64,000 bases of DNA from IMG/VR virus record IMGVR_UViG_3300032167_006623. One strand, written 5' to 3'. This DNA comes from an uncultured virus (IMG/VR IMGVR_UViG_3300032167_006623) (Duplodnaviria > Heunggongvirae > Uroviricota > Caudoviricetes). The position numbers and the translations under genes were made by a program. The notes below the pieces were generated by a model, which saw nothing but the letters and a program-made list of their open reading frames with translations, was not told the DNA's origin and ran no database searches. Shown here one piece after another: positions 1 through 9,044 of the stretch (its first letter is position 1; each line of letters begins with the position of its first letter).

Positions 1-983
1 TCCCGTCTTGTTTCGGCATAATTATGGATGCTTCTTTGAATTTTGTTATAGCCTGAATCAGGCTGATTAAACAATTCCTGAACATAGCTTCTGGCCAAAG
101 CATTGGCTTTTTCCATTTGCTTATTATTACTTGACGCTCTCCACAAACGTTTATCATCAGGCAAACAAGCCATCAGCAGCTGTGCTGTACCGTTTTGCTG
201 CATCGTACGATGACTAACCTGTTTTACAAAAATAGACGTGTTTCGCTTATCCATTGCAATATTGCTGCTCATATACTGAACGCTCTTGCTTTCATCAAGA
301 AACAAGTCTACGCTTCGGCGAAGCTTATCCTTTTGTGCTGTAGAAAGCTTTCCTTTTTGTGTACCGTCCGCAGTTAAAGTACCTACACCTCTGTCCACCA
401 TCGCCAAATGGCAATGAACATGCTTGGTATCAACCTGAATAACGCCAACATATTGCAAATCATCATAGTCTTTCGCTAACGCATCAAGCCCATGCATGAT
501 ACCCATTCTGAGCTTCATCTGGTCGAGCTTCCCTCTGTAATCACCTGCTTTTGTACAAACAAAATCATCAGGTATGAGCTTATTTTCTCTCAGATATGCT
601 TCATCAAACGATAAAACTGTTTTTAACACAGTTTTGCCGTTATCAAATTGAGTTTGAATATCCTTACTGGCAAATTTCAATTTCTCATCAGACATTGATA
701 TGCTGCCGTAACCAAAGGCTACCCCACCGTATTTTTGAATACGACGAAATTCAGGCTTAAGCTGCCATCTGTCATCAGCCATAGCAACAACATCTTCTCT
801 GAGCATATAACGCTCAATGAAATCCTGTTGTTCCAAACGTTTGACAGGTGTTAATGTCTCTATGGCTTCATCTCTTGCCATATAATTTGTTACATAATCT
901 CCGGGAGTGCTTCCTCTGGAGCCTTTTCCGTCACTCTTGATTGTAAATTCATTTTTGACTACTATACTTTGTGACAATGCCAT
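1..983 (-). CDS. mobL: MobL-family conjugative relaxase (5' part, truncated by window edge; absent from ORF track)
   Basis: Manual translation from ATG at 983 with upstream AAAGGG: MALSQSIVVKNEF...GDYVTNYMAR...KTVLSFDEAYL...YVGVIQVDTKHVHCHLAMVD; HUH motif and N-terminal Tyr motif. Confidence 0.85.
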   Translation of the reverse strand, partial: MALSQSIVVKNEFTIKSDGKGSRGSTPGDYVTNYMARDEAIETLTPVKRLEQQDFIERYMLREDVVAMADDRWQLKPEFRRIQKYGGVAFGYGSISMSDEKLKFASKDIQTQFDNGKTVLKTVLSFDEAYLRENKLIPDDFVCTKAGDYRGKLDQMKLRMGIMHGLDALAKDYDDLQYVGVIQVDTKHVHCHLAMVDRGVGTLTADGTQKGKLSTAQKDKLRRSVDLFLDESKSVQYMSSNIAMDKRNTSIFVKQVSHRTMQQNGTAQLLMACLPDDKRLWRASSNNKQMEKANALARSYVQELFNQPDSGYNKIQRSIHNYAETRR

Positions 984-1014
984 TTCTGTCTACCCTTTCG
1001 TTAATTATTATATG

Positions 1015-1326
1015 TCATTTTGCAGCTTTCTTGTCTGTTATACCGAAGGTCGCATATAACTCTTTTTTCATATCATCAATATAGCGCTTGCAGCGAATAC
1101 TTCTGTCATCCTCGAACCATTTCTTTTTGAACTCATTTTTGGCTTTGATGTAATCTTCTTCATCGCTGTCACCTTTTTTATAATAATCAAATTCATGTAA
1201 TAAATCCAGTACATCCCAAACAAGCTCAGATATTTCTCTGTCCTCAAGCTCATTTGTCAATTTATCATGGGGAAATATCTGATATTTCAGATGTCTGTCT
1301 TCATATTGAAAATACCCGCCGCTCAT
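1015..1326 (-). CDS. hypothetical protein
   Basis: ORF coupled to 1323..1667, upstream of relaxase. Confidence 0.65.
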   Translation of the reverse strand: MSGGYFQYEDRHLKYQIFPHDKLTNELEDREISELVWDVLDLLHEFDYYKKGDSDEEDYIKAKNEFKKKWFEDDRSIRCKRYIDDMKKELYATFGITDKKAAK

Positions 1327-1667
1327 TTTTTAAACTCCTTTCTTCCCGTTTTCCAAACATATTCGACAAAAACATCAAAATTGAGCATTACCTGTTCATA
1401 AACATCGATTCGAAGCTCAATATCCCTGTTATTTTCAAACAACGGAACAACAGCTGCTTCATACTCATATTTGCCTCTGAAATAATATGACAATTCTCTT
1501 CTAAGAGAATCTTTAAACAAAGTCTTGTTTTTGCTTGTTTTCAATAATTTTTCGACAGCTGCCGAAAAACCCGCACTTTGAAAAATATTATATTTGACTA
1601 TCGCCTTTTTATTCCAATCATAACGATATGTATACCATTCCATGATAATTTTCCTTTCCATTATCAT
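1323..1667 (-). CDS. hypothetical protein
   Basis: ORF in minus-strand run; true start probably MEWYTY. Confidence 0.65.
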   Translation of the reverse strand: MIMERKIIMEWYTYRYDWNKKAIVKYNIFQSAGFSAAVEKLLKTSKNKTLFKDSLRRELSYYFRGKYEYEAAVVPLFENNRDIELRIDVYEQVMLNFDVFVEYVWKTGRKEFKK

Positions 1668-1673
1668 TTTCTG

Positions 1674-2360
1674 CTAAAAAGGACTATTCAATATACCTTT
1701 GTACAAAGCATCCTGCTTTGTGAAATAACCCCAGAACTTTGTTCCGTAATCATAATGCCACCATTCTGATGGCAAATTGGTAAAGCCTGCTTCAAGCATT
1801 GCGTTATATAAAACCCTGCGGTTTATTTTAACTTCTTCACACTTCGTATATTGTTCAAAATGATTGGTCCACGCTCTTTCTGTGAAATCATCAAAAAGCG
1901 TACCCATATTAAGAGCATAACCATTGTCCGTAACCAACGTCAAATCGACAGCTCCGCCTGTATTATGCAATGATGGATGCATTTCATCATAACTTGGCTT
2001 GCTGACAAAAAAGCTTGTTTTCTTGTCCAGCTCTGTTTCAGACAGACTTGGATTATCGTTTTGAATTTTATTCCGATAAAAATCCCAAAGTGTTTGCTGA
2101 ACACTGATTGGTCTGTAAGCATCATATATCTTGAACTTAAGACCCTTTGGAAGCAGACTTTGTGCAACCTGAAGCTTATCAACAACGCTGCGTCTTGCAT
2201 AGCAATCTTTCAAAGAGCCTGCTATGCCTTGCTCATAATACTGAGATTCACATAAAAAGCCCGCTTCTGATAAAGACACCAGTTCTTCATCTTTATCAAT
2301 TATATCAAAATTATTTATTGATGGAAAGTCGACGTTAGGTATAACTTTGTCTAATTGCAT
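1674..2360 (-). CDS. D-alanyl-D-alanine dipeptidase, peptidase M15 (VanX/DdpX-like)
   Basis: Motifs IYDAYRP, SxHxxGGAVDLTL, MGTLFDDF, EWWHYDY. Confidence 0.9.
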   Translation of the reverse strand: MQLDKVIPNVDFPSINNFDIIDKDEELVSLSEAGFLCESQYYEQGIAGSLKDCYARRSVVDKLQVAQSLLPKGLKFKIYDAYRPISVQQTLWDFYRNKIQNDNPSLSETELDKKTSFFVSKPSYDEMHPSLHNTGGAVDLTLVTDNGYALNMGTLFDDFTERAWTNHFEQYTKCEEVKINRRVLYNAMLEAGFTNLPSEWWHYDYGTKFWGYFTKQDALYKGILNSPF

Positions 2361-2402
2361 GTCAAAAACTCCTGTCCTCTTTATTGTCTGAATTACATAA
2401 AA

Positions 2403-2591
2403 TCAGTTCATTTGCTTATCATTTTCAGCATTAGCTGTTTCAATTGGAAACAAATTCTGTGCAGCAAGAAGTCGGCACATCACACTTGGCTGACCGACAT
2501 ATATACCTGAAGCAACCTTACCCGTTTTATCAACTGTCACTTTTGTTTCACAATCATGTTTGTATTCCGGGATTTCATTCATATCAATCAA
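2403..2591 (-). CDS. small hypothetical protein
   Basis: ORF with AAAGGA RBS. Confidence 0.5.
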   Translation of the reverse strand: MIDMNEIPEYKHDCETKVTVDKTGKVASGIYVGQPSVMCRLLAAQNLFPIETANAENDKQMN

Positions 2592-2733
2592 TCCTTTCCT
2601 ATTTCATTGAAATAGTCAATATCATATGTATTAATTATATCATAACAATCATAAAAAGTCAATCATCCACAAATATTGATTAAAGTAAAAACACCTCATA
2701 TTTGAGTATAATTAGCATATTTCAAATATAAAA

Positions 2734-2766
2734 CCTGTCCTTACGGACAGGCGGGCGTAATATAAA
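2734..2766 (+). promoter_or_regulatory. Hairpin-CGG-N9-AAA element (candidate ssDNA promoter)
   Basis: CCTGTCC-TTAC-GGACAGG-CGGGCGTAATATAAA. Confidence 0.7.
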
Positions 2767-2896
2767 TGGTACACTGTTTGAAAATATCGTACTATAATAC
2801 CTTTCAACATTTTAACATACAACCCGTCATTGATGACGGGTTGTTTCTTTTCTTTAAAGAATTCACATTCTTTCGGGTTATTCTTAAAAAGGATGA

Positions 2897-3175
2897 GTGA
2901 TTATCATGAGAGTAAACGCTATGACTGTTCCATTTCCTATTGAAGTGAATATCACACCTAATGAAGCCATCAAAGCTATCTGTAAAGAATTTGGCTTTGA
3001 CGCACGCACATATTCCGAAATCAAAATTGAAAAGAATATGCTTGTCAGATACACTGAAATCAGTGAACATTCTGACGACAGAGAAGTCATCAGCGATAAT
3101 CCTGACATCATAGCTATGTATAAAGCTATCATGGATTTCAAGAAAGCATATAACTCCTATACAGCTAAAAAATAA
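2897..3175 (+). CDS. hypothetical protein
   Basis: RBS AAAGGA; followed by terminator-like hairpin at about 3184-3214. Confidence 0.7.
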   Translation: MIIMRVNAMTVPFPIEVNITPNEAIKAICKEFGFDARTYSEIKIEKNMLVRYTEISEHSDDREVISDNPDIIAMYKAIMDFKKAYNSYTAKK

Positions 3176-3240
3176 TATAAAACATCAGTCGCAGCTGCGG
3201 CTGATTATTTTTTTCCTTCAAAAATGAGAATGAAATCGTA

Positions 3241-3269
3241 TTGACAATACCTGATGAATAAGATATAAT
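3241..3269 (+). promoter_or_regulatory. sigmaA/sigma70 promoter
   Basis: TTGACA-N17-TATAAT perfect consensus. Confidence 0.85.
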
Positions 3270-3275
3270 ATATCT

Positions 3276-3507
3276 ATAAAAGATTATATATAACGGTGAC
3301 AAAGTGCTGTACTGTCATGGAACAGGTCAATCCATGCGGCTATGAATCAATCATAGCGTTCCGCAGTGTGACAGAACACTGTAGTCTGCGGCAAGGACTC
3401 ATTTTTGCCGACCATTTCAGATATTTACAAGGATATCGCGGCCTGCAGCCGGCAAAAGCTGTTATATAATCATTGAAAAGCTGTTGTTCTGATGCAACAG
3501 CTTTTTT
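3276..3507 (+). ncRNA. putative structured ncRNA of about 230 nt
   Basis: Lies between a consensus promoter and an intrinsic terminator; ends pair (3282-3296 with 3459-3471); several internal hairpins; no RBS-led ORF. Confidence 0.6.
3476..3507 (+). terminator. intrinsic terminator
   Basis: AAAAGCTGTTG...CAACAGCTTTTTT. Confidence 0.8.
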
Positions 3508-3519
3508 CTTCTCTCCCTA

Positions 3520-3552
3520 TCTGTCTTGACAGACAGACGGGATGGTTTCAAA
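3520..3552 (+). promoter_or_regulatory. Hairpin-CGG-N9-AAA element
   Basis: TCTGTCT-TGAC-AGACAGA-CGGGATGGTTTCAAA, just upstream of the RBS of 3578. Confidence 0.7.
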
Positions 3553-3577
3553 TTATTCATATCAAGGAGATGTTATC

Positions 3578-3871
3578 ATGAAAAAAATAGGAAAATTTGA
3601 AATAGGACGTCTTGTAGCTACAAGAGGTATCAATCTTAAAATGAAATCAAATCCGCAGTTTAAAACTGATGTCGATAACGCATTTTCCAAGTATCTGAAA
3701 GCTGACTGGTCAGATATGAAATACGATGAAGACAAAAAGCAGAACGATGAAGCTATTGAAAATGGCAACAATCGAATTTTTGCGACTTATAATACCTGCT
3801 GCGGTCAGATTTATATAATCACAGAATGGGACAGAAGTGTTACCACTATTCTGTTTCCTGATGAATACTAA
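3578..3871 (+). CDS. conserved plasmid/phage hypothetical protein
   Basis: FxIGRLVATRG...IYIITEWDRSVTTILFPDEY pattern common on mobile elements; AAGGAGA RBS. Confidence 0.75.
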   Translation: MKKIGKFEIGRLVATRGINLKMKSNPQFKTDVDNAFSKYLKADWSDMKYDEDKKQNDEAIENGNNRIFATYNTCCGQIYIITEWDRSVTTILFPDEY

Positions 3872-3889
3872 AAGAAAGGATTATATTTT

Positions 3890-4438
3890 ATGGAACTCAG
3901 ATTCAAAAAGCTCAATCCAGATGCTGTTATCCCCTCGCGAGGCACGGCGTGCTCGGCAGGTCTTGATATGAACATAATTCTTCCCAATGCAGGTGAAGAT
4001 ATGGCTATCGTCAATCATAATATGATATTCAGTACCGTTGACTGGGCAAAAGATGCTCGTAAAACAGTAACAGTATGCATAGACGAAAAAGGAAAGCATA
4101 TTGATATTCCACCTCATTGCACAATTCTTGTATCAACGGGTCTCGCCGTAGAACCATCAAGGGATGATATAGCTCTGCTTTTATATCCCCGTTCCGGTCT
4201 TTCTGTCAAGCAGGGACTCGTTCTTGCTAATAACGTAGCCGTTATTGACAGTGATTACAGAGGTGAAATTAAGATACCGCTTCGTAACTATTCAAACGAT
4301 TATGTGACGATTTATGACAAAGACCGTGTAGCACAGCTTATTGTGACACCTGTTTTGTTTCCTGAAATAATGATTACTGATGAGCTTTCTGACACAGAAC
4401 GTGGGTCCGGCGGTTTTGGCAGTACAGGTGTTAAGTAA
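3890..4438 (+). CDS. dut: trimeric dUTPase
   Basis: Five motifs: SAGLD, PRSGLS, VIDSDYRGEI, RVAQL, RGSGGFGSTG. Confidence 0.95.
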   Translation: MELRFKKLNPDAVIPSRGTACSAGLDMNIILPNAGEDMAIVNHNMIFSTVDWAKDARKTVTVCIDEKGKHIDIPPHCTILVSTGLAVEPSRDDIALLLYPRSGLSVKQGLVLANNVAVIDSDYRGEIKIPLRNYSNDYVTIYDKDRVAQLIVTPVLFPEIMITDELSDTERGSGGFGSTGVK

Positions 4439-4441
4439 AAT

Positions 4442-4474
4442 CCTGTCCTTACGGACAGGCGGATATAATTCAAA
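4442..4474 (+). promoter_or_regulatory. Hairpin-CGG-N9-AAA element
   Basis: CCTGTCC-TTAC-GGACAGG-CGGATATAATTCAAA. Confidence 0.7.
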
Positions 4475-4695
4475 CTGATAGATTCGGGTCAGTCTCCTAA
4501 ATAACAAGAATAACCTGTCCGTGGTCAGCGGTACAGGTTATTTTTTTAGCATATGTAACAAAATAATAGAAAATGCAGCATCAAATCGTCCTTATGACGA
4601 TACTTTTACTGAATTTCTTGTAAATTGCCTGACAGCCAACGACGTCAGCATCCGACCTTGGATTGATGCCAATGACAAACTTCCGACAACAAAAA

Positions 4696-5064
4696 TTACA
4701 TATTATCGATAATTTGTTTATTATAATCTTTAATTTTGTCTGCAACGGTCTGATACAAATTGGGATAATCGTGTTTCATATCGCCATATATCCTGCCCAT
4801 TTGACCCCTGTTAACAACTGTTTGCTTATGTGTTCGAACATAAGAATAGGCAGAAAGATTAAGCTTGGGATATGCGCTTGGGTCAAGCGGAATATCATAA
4901 ATTACGTCAACTTTGCTTTTATCTGATACTTTTGAAACAGGAAGAACATTGTAATCGCCAATATCTGCTTGTGCTATAACCAAAGCAGGTCGAGATTTTA
5001 TTTTCATCTGATGTAATTTGGTATCGTAATACTGGGTAGAGATAGAGCAAATTTTTCCTATCAT
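4696..5064 (-). CDS. PemK/MazF-like toxin
   Basis: KSRPALVI and VLPVS motifs; translationally coupled to upstream Panacea antitoxin. Confidence 0.7.
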   Translation of the reverse strand: MIGKICSISTQYYDTKLHQMKIKSRPALVIAQADIGDYNVLPVSKVSDKSKVDVIYDIPLDPSAYPKLNLSAYSYVRTHKQTVVNRGQMGRIYGDMKHDYPNLYQTVADKIKDYNKQIIDNM

Positions 5065-5555
5065 GATGACACCTCTTCCGCATCATCAAATTCATCATAA
5101 TACATATCCCATACGCTATCATAGGGTCTTACTTTCTCGGCATCTTTTCTGATATCATCTAAAAGCAACTCTCTATTTCCGTTTTCTCCGTCTTTAAGTC
5201 CGACTCTTGAATTAAGCCATGATGTTTCTTTGTGTGTCAATTCGCTCAATTTCCATGCTTCAATAAAACTGTATTGAGCCATGATGTTATTAACAATATA
5301 TGCACTTTCATCTGATATAGGCTGCGTTTCGGCATAAATACCGTGTTCAGTATATGTGCCGCGAATAACCGGACAAACGGGTCCGTATTTCCAACCTTGC
5401 AACGGTTCATCAAACATAGGTCTGTTGAGCAATGCTAAACACTCACGCTGAGAAAAATATAATAATTTATGAAGCTTCATTTCGTCAATAACACAGCCTG
5501 ATTCTTTTTTATAAACATCAAAAATATACTGTGCAATATTCACTACTCGTTCCAT
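5061..5555 (-). CDS. Panacea-domain (DUF4065/SocA-like) antitoxin
   Basis: IAQYI...MKLHKLLYFSQ...GWKYGPVCP...LSELTHKETSW. Confidence 0.88.
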   Translation of the reverse strand: MERVVNIAQYIFDVYKKESGCVIDEMKLHKLLYFSQRECLALLNRPMFDEPLQGWKYGPVCPVIRGTYTEHGIYAETQPISDESAYIVNNIMAQYSFIEAWKLSELTHKETSWLNSRVGLKDGENGNRELLLDDIRKDAEKVRPYDSVWDMYYDEFDDAEEVSS

Positions 5556-5600
5556 AAAAACGCCCCTTTCTCAATATTATATTATGTTATCTTATAATAT

Positions 5601-5629
5601 ATTATAGCATAACACGGTCAATCTGTCAA
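5601..5629 (-). promoter_or_regulatory. sigmaA promoter of the TA operon
   Basis: Reverse strand TTGACA-N17-TATAAT with extended TG. Confidence 0.8.
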
Positions 5630-5733
5630 TAAAAAGAGCTCACAGATAGCCATTAATAACTCTCCCAAAATTCTCTTTTAATAATAAACAAAGAAATAAC
5701 TGTTCATGTTTTTTATTGATTTCTTCTCCCCTT

Positions 5734-5766
5734 TCCGTCCTGACAGACGGACGGATTGTCTTTAAA
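5734..5766 (+). promoter_or_regulatory. Hairpin-CGG-N9-AAA element
   Basis: TCCGTCC-TGAC-AGACGGA-CGGATTGTCTTTAAA (one mismatch in stem). Confidence 0.6.
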
Positions 5767-5819
5767 GTCAACGGTTAATATCATTTCCTGATTTTACAAG
5801 AAATATATTTCAAAATCTA

Positions 5820-5848
5820 TTGACAATATCCGATTTATCGGATATAAT
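5820..5848 (+). promoter_or_regulatory. sigmaA promoter with palindromic operator-like spacer
   Basis: TTGACA-N17-TATAAT; inverted repeat ATATCCGAT/ATCGGATAT across the spacer. Confidence 0.85.
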
Positions 5849-5880
5849 ATAAGTGAGGGAAATCCTCATCATCGCAGAAG

Positions 5881-5980
5881 ATGTTGTGTGACGGTTCTGA
5901 CACAACGTTAAAATAAAAATTGACCGTGCGTTGATGACGAGTGACGGTTCTGACTCGTCGGTAAAATAAAAATTGACCAA
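5881..5980 (+). ncRNA. tandem 53-nt pseudoknot repeats, type III antitoxin-like
   Basis: Two units with covarying stems, identical loop GACGGTTCTG and A-rich tail ending TGACC that can pair with the loop. Confidence 0.55.
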
Positions 5981-6016
5981 GTGATGATAACAAACGAAAA
6001 GAAAACATACTTATTG

Positions 6017-6047
6017 AGAGCCTTGATTTTATCAAGGCTCTTTCTTA
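6017..6047 (+). terminator. intrinsic terminator/attenuator before the HipA-like gene
   Basis: AGAGCCTTGAT-TTT-ATCAAGGCTCT followed by TTCTT. Confidence 0.75.
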
Positions 6048-6084
6048 CAATTAACATAAAAACAAACGCTTACACAGAAAGGAA

Positions 6085-7428
6085 GTGCCGAGGATGAAAG
6101 ACTTTAATTATACATTGATGCATAAAAATAAGACTGTTGCTCATTTATGTATGAATGAAACAAAAGGTAATATATCTAAAATATCTGACTTATTATCTGC
6201 TGAACATCTTCCTGTCGGCGTTCAACATAAAAATGCTGTCATTCTTTGTGCAAACCTTAACGAATGGTTCAAAGGACGTTCGATACCGGCGAGCCGTCAT
6301 GGTATTCAAAAGGTTCTTGACACACTGAACATAAGCACTCCTCAATTGATTCTTGAACATAGTTTTGGCTTAAGTTTATCAGACCAATATTGGATTAAAC
6401 CGACAAACAGTACCATTAACTGGAACGATGTTAATTTTTTCGAAAATGATTTTTCCGAAGATATGGGCGACCTTATGTTCGGAAACAAAAATTCAAATGA
6501 ATCATTAAATCTGTGTTCTCCGGACAATACGTCAGATGGTCAGCTGAAAAAACGTTGGAAAATAATTAACGGAAAAAGATGTTTGCTTAAAGCGGGACAT
6601 GACCCTTTTATGCAGCAGCCTTTTAATGAAGTAATTGCATCACAGCTAATGAGTAAATTAAACATACCTCATGTCACTTATGAGCTCGAATGGCAAAATG
6701 ATGAACCTTATAGCATATGTGAAGATTTCATTACAGCTGACACGGAATTAGTAAGTGCTTGGCAAGTTATGCATAGTAAAATGCGTTCAAATAACTGTAG
6801 TCCCTACAATCATTTTGTGAATATATGTGATGAAAATGGAATAAAAAATTGTAAACAAGCACTTGATGAAATGTTCGTACTTGATTATATTATAGCAAAC
6901 GAAGACCGTCATTTTAATAATTTTGGCATAATACGTGATGCAAACACTCTCGAATGGACAAGCATGGCTCCGATATTTGATAGTGGTTCTTCTTTAGGCT
7001 ATGATAAAATTGCTCAAAGACTTCATATCAATATTGAATGCAGACCGTTCAAAAGCACTCACGAAGAACAACTAAAACTCGTATCTTCATTCGATTGGCT
7101 CGACTTTTCAAAGTTAAACTCTATGACCAATGAAATAAATGATATTTTATCAGATGAAAAAGTCAAAACATATATTGATGATAATCGACGTAACGCAATT
7201 GTTAATTTTGTTGAAAATAGAATTCAACAGTTAGAATCTGTAGCTTTGTCAAGAAATAAGACAACAACTGTTGAAAAAACGTTTCTTAATGATGTCAATT
7301 ACTGCGGTGCGTCCAATCCAATTGAAAGAAGTGCTTCTTTAGGAGCAATAGCATCCGATTGCAACACAACAGACATTGCCAACAAATTATCTGAGTCAAG
7401 CAAACCGAAAACCAGATATGATGAATAA
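6085..7428 (+). CDS. HipA-family (HipA_C domain) Ser/Thr kinase
   Basis: SDGQLKK, NEVIAS, LDYIIANEDRHFNNFG, APIFDSGSSL kinase motifs. Confidence 0.85.
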   Translation: MPRMKDFNYTLMHKNKTVAHLCMNETKGNISKISDLLSAEHLPVGVQHKNAVILCANLNEWFKGRSIPASRHGIQKVLDTLNISTPQLILEHSFGLSLSDQYWIKPTNSTINWNDVNFFENDFSEDMGDLMFGNKNSNESLNLCSPDNTSDGQLKKRWKIINGKRCLLKAGHDPFMQQPFNEVIASQLMSKLNIPHVTYELEWQNDEPYSICEDFITADTELVSAWQVMHSKMRSNNCSPYNHFVNICDENGIKNCKQALDEMFVLDYIIANEDRHFNNFGIIRDANTLEWTSMAPIFDSGSSLGYDKIAQRLHINIECRPFKSTHEEQLKLVSSFDWLDFSKLNSMTNEINDILSDEKVKTYIDDNRRNAIVNFVENRIQQLESVALSRNKTTTVEKTFLNDVNYCGASNPIERSASLGAIASDCNTTDIANKLSESSKPKTRYDE

Positions 7429-7449
7429 TTGCAATGGTTAATATTATTT

Positions 7450-7536
7450 CCTGTATTTTCTGAAATCATAATTACTGATAAGCTTTCTGACACAGAGCAT
7501 GAGGCCGGCGATTTTGGCAGTACAGGTGTTAAGTAA
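7450..7536 (+). pseudogene. degenerate duplicate of the dut 3' end
   Basis: Near-identical to the last roughly 90 bp of dut (SDTExxxGxFGSTGVK*). Confidence 0.8.
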
Positions 7537-7539
7537 AAT

Positions 7540-7572
7540 CCTGACCTCGCGGTCAGGCGGATTGGATTTAAA
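7540..7572 (+). promoter_or_regulatory. Hairpin-CGG-N9-AAA element
   Basis: CCTGACC-TCGC-GGTCAGG-CGGATTGGATTTAAA; compensatory change relative to the copy at 4442. Confidence 0.7.
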
Positions 7573-7657
7573 GATGTAATGAACGATTTATACGCTTGAT
7601 TTCTGCTAATACAAAGCCTCAACTTACATCTTTATATCATAGTTGTCTGAAATAAGA

Positions 7658-7690
7658 AAAAAGAGCAACCTACGGGTTGCTCTTTTTTTT
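7658..7690. terminator. bidirectional intrinsic terminator
   Basis: AAAAAAGAGCAACC-TACG-GGTTGCTCTTTTTTTT. Confidence 0.85.
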
Positions 7691-7711
7691 ACTCAAATGA
7701 AAATCATCATT

Positions 7712-8176
7712 TCAAGATACATCCGAAGACTGCTCATATCTTAATTTCATCGGAAAATATTCCATTTCATCTTTAAGCCACATCTTTGCATCAGGATACA
7801 ATTTCTTTTTGATATCAGGATTTGAAGACGCAACAAGAAGATTGCAGAATTCCTCAGTAAAACTGCCGCCTGTGTGTGAAGGATATGAACTCAAAATACA
7901 ATGACGAACAAGAATATAGCCCTGTTCTTCAACAGTAAAATCATCCAAAGGAAAGACATCATTTTTGATATCCAAATATTTTTCAACCAACACATCATAT
8001 GAATCAAAGGCTGCAAAACGATGAAAAATATCACCTATCAATATAGCAGGTCGCTTAAATTCCGTATATTGCCTGTATAACGCACCATTCTTGATGTAAA
8101 ATATTTCACTGTTTGTCACATAACGTTCAACAGTCATTGCAATCTGTTCAGATGTTAATTCTTCTTTAATGTTCAT
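7712..8176 (-). CDS. hypothetical protein
   Basis: ORF with GGAG RBS in minus-strand operon. Confidence 0.7.
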   Translation of the reverse strand: MNIKEELTSEQIAMTVERYVTNSEIFYIKNGALYRQYTEFKRPAILIGDIFHRFAAFDSYDVLVEKYLDIKNDVFPLDDFTVEEQGYILVRHCILSSYPSHTGGSFTEEFCNLLVASSNPDIKKKLYPDAKMWLKDEMEYFPMKLRYEQSSDVS

Positions 8177-8194
8177 ACCAAATGCTCCAATTTT

Positions 8195-9034
8195 TTATTC
8201 TTCTTCAGATGAAAAACTATAACTATTGACGTCTTTGACAATTTCATCAAAATCATCAATGTTTGCTATCTCAGCAACAGCATCGAATAAATCGCCAAAA
8301 CCTTTTACAGCCTTGAATGCCAAGCTGCTTGCATGACAAACACGCTTGTACCGGTTTAACAACCATTCATCAAAGCTTTCCACCTGCTTTGTCAGTTCGT
8401 CAATTGCATCCTGTCTGGCACAACATTCAACTGACAGGTCTGCATTCGCATCCTGCCACTCAGAGATTGAATTGCCTGCAAAATTCAACAAATCCTCGAT
8501 TTTATCGCGGGACATAGACATATTGACCGCATCATCAGTTTCGGTATTCGAACCGGAATTCATTGTTTCGAGCAAATCTTTATATCTTGCCGTTGCTGCC
8601 GCATTTTCTTCTTCATCATAAAATGGGTCTTCATCTGTCTGATTGCTCAAATAACAAAGCTCAGACTCAATGTCATCAACCAAGGCATCAAACGCATCTG
8701 CTTCAACAGTAAGCTCGATGTTATCCTCAGCTGCCTGCTCATCCTCATTTTCTCTGTGAGAATAAGCATTATATACAATGAAATTATGAAGCATGGTTCG
8801 TACATCTTCATTTGAAAAACGAACTGATGTGACACCGGTAGCCATAGCCTTTTTACCCGGCTTATCGACGATTTTCTTAAACTTATCAGAAATCGCTCTT
8901 GCGTTCTTTTCTGATTTTATGTTGCCTTTATCGTTGTGAATGCAGGCACACAAATCAAACAAGTCTTTAAAATAATCACATTCTTCCAGTGAGATGACCA
9001 CTTTTATCTTCTGTTCATCAGTCTTTTTTTTCAC
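8195..9034 (-). CDS. acidic hypothetical protein
   Basis: 279-aa ORF in operon. Confidence 0.75.
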   Translation of the reverse strand: MKKKTDEQKIKVVISLEECDYFKDLFDLCACIHNDKGNIKSEKNARAISDKFKKIVDKPGKKAMATGVTSVRFSNEDVRTMLHNFIVYNAYSHRENEDEQAAEDNIELTVEADAFDALVDDIESELCYLSNQTDEDPFYDEEENAAATARYKDLLETMNSGSNTETDDAVNMSMSRDKIEDLLNFAGNSISEWQDANADLSVECCARQDAIDELTKQVESFDEWLLNRYKRVCHASSLAFKAVKGFGDLFDAVAEIANIDDFDEIVKDVNSYSFSSEEE

Positions 9035-9044
9035 TCATAATAAA

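Noticed and set aside
195..377. 60-aa plus-strand ORF
   Set aside because: Antisense to the relaxase
3276..3475. Retron msr-msd
   Set aside because: Terminal inverted repeats fit, but no reverse transcriptase gene is in the window
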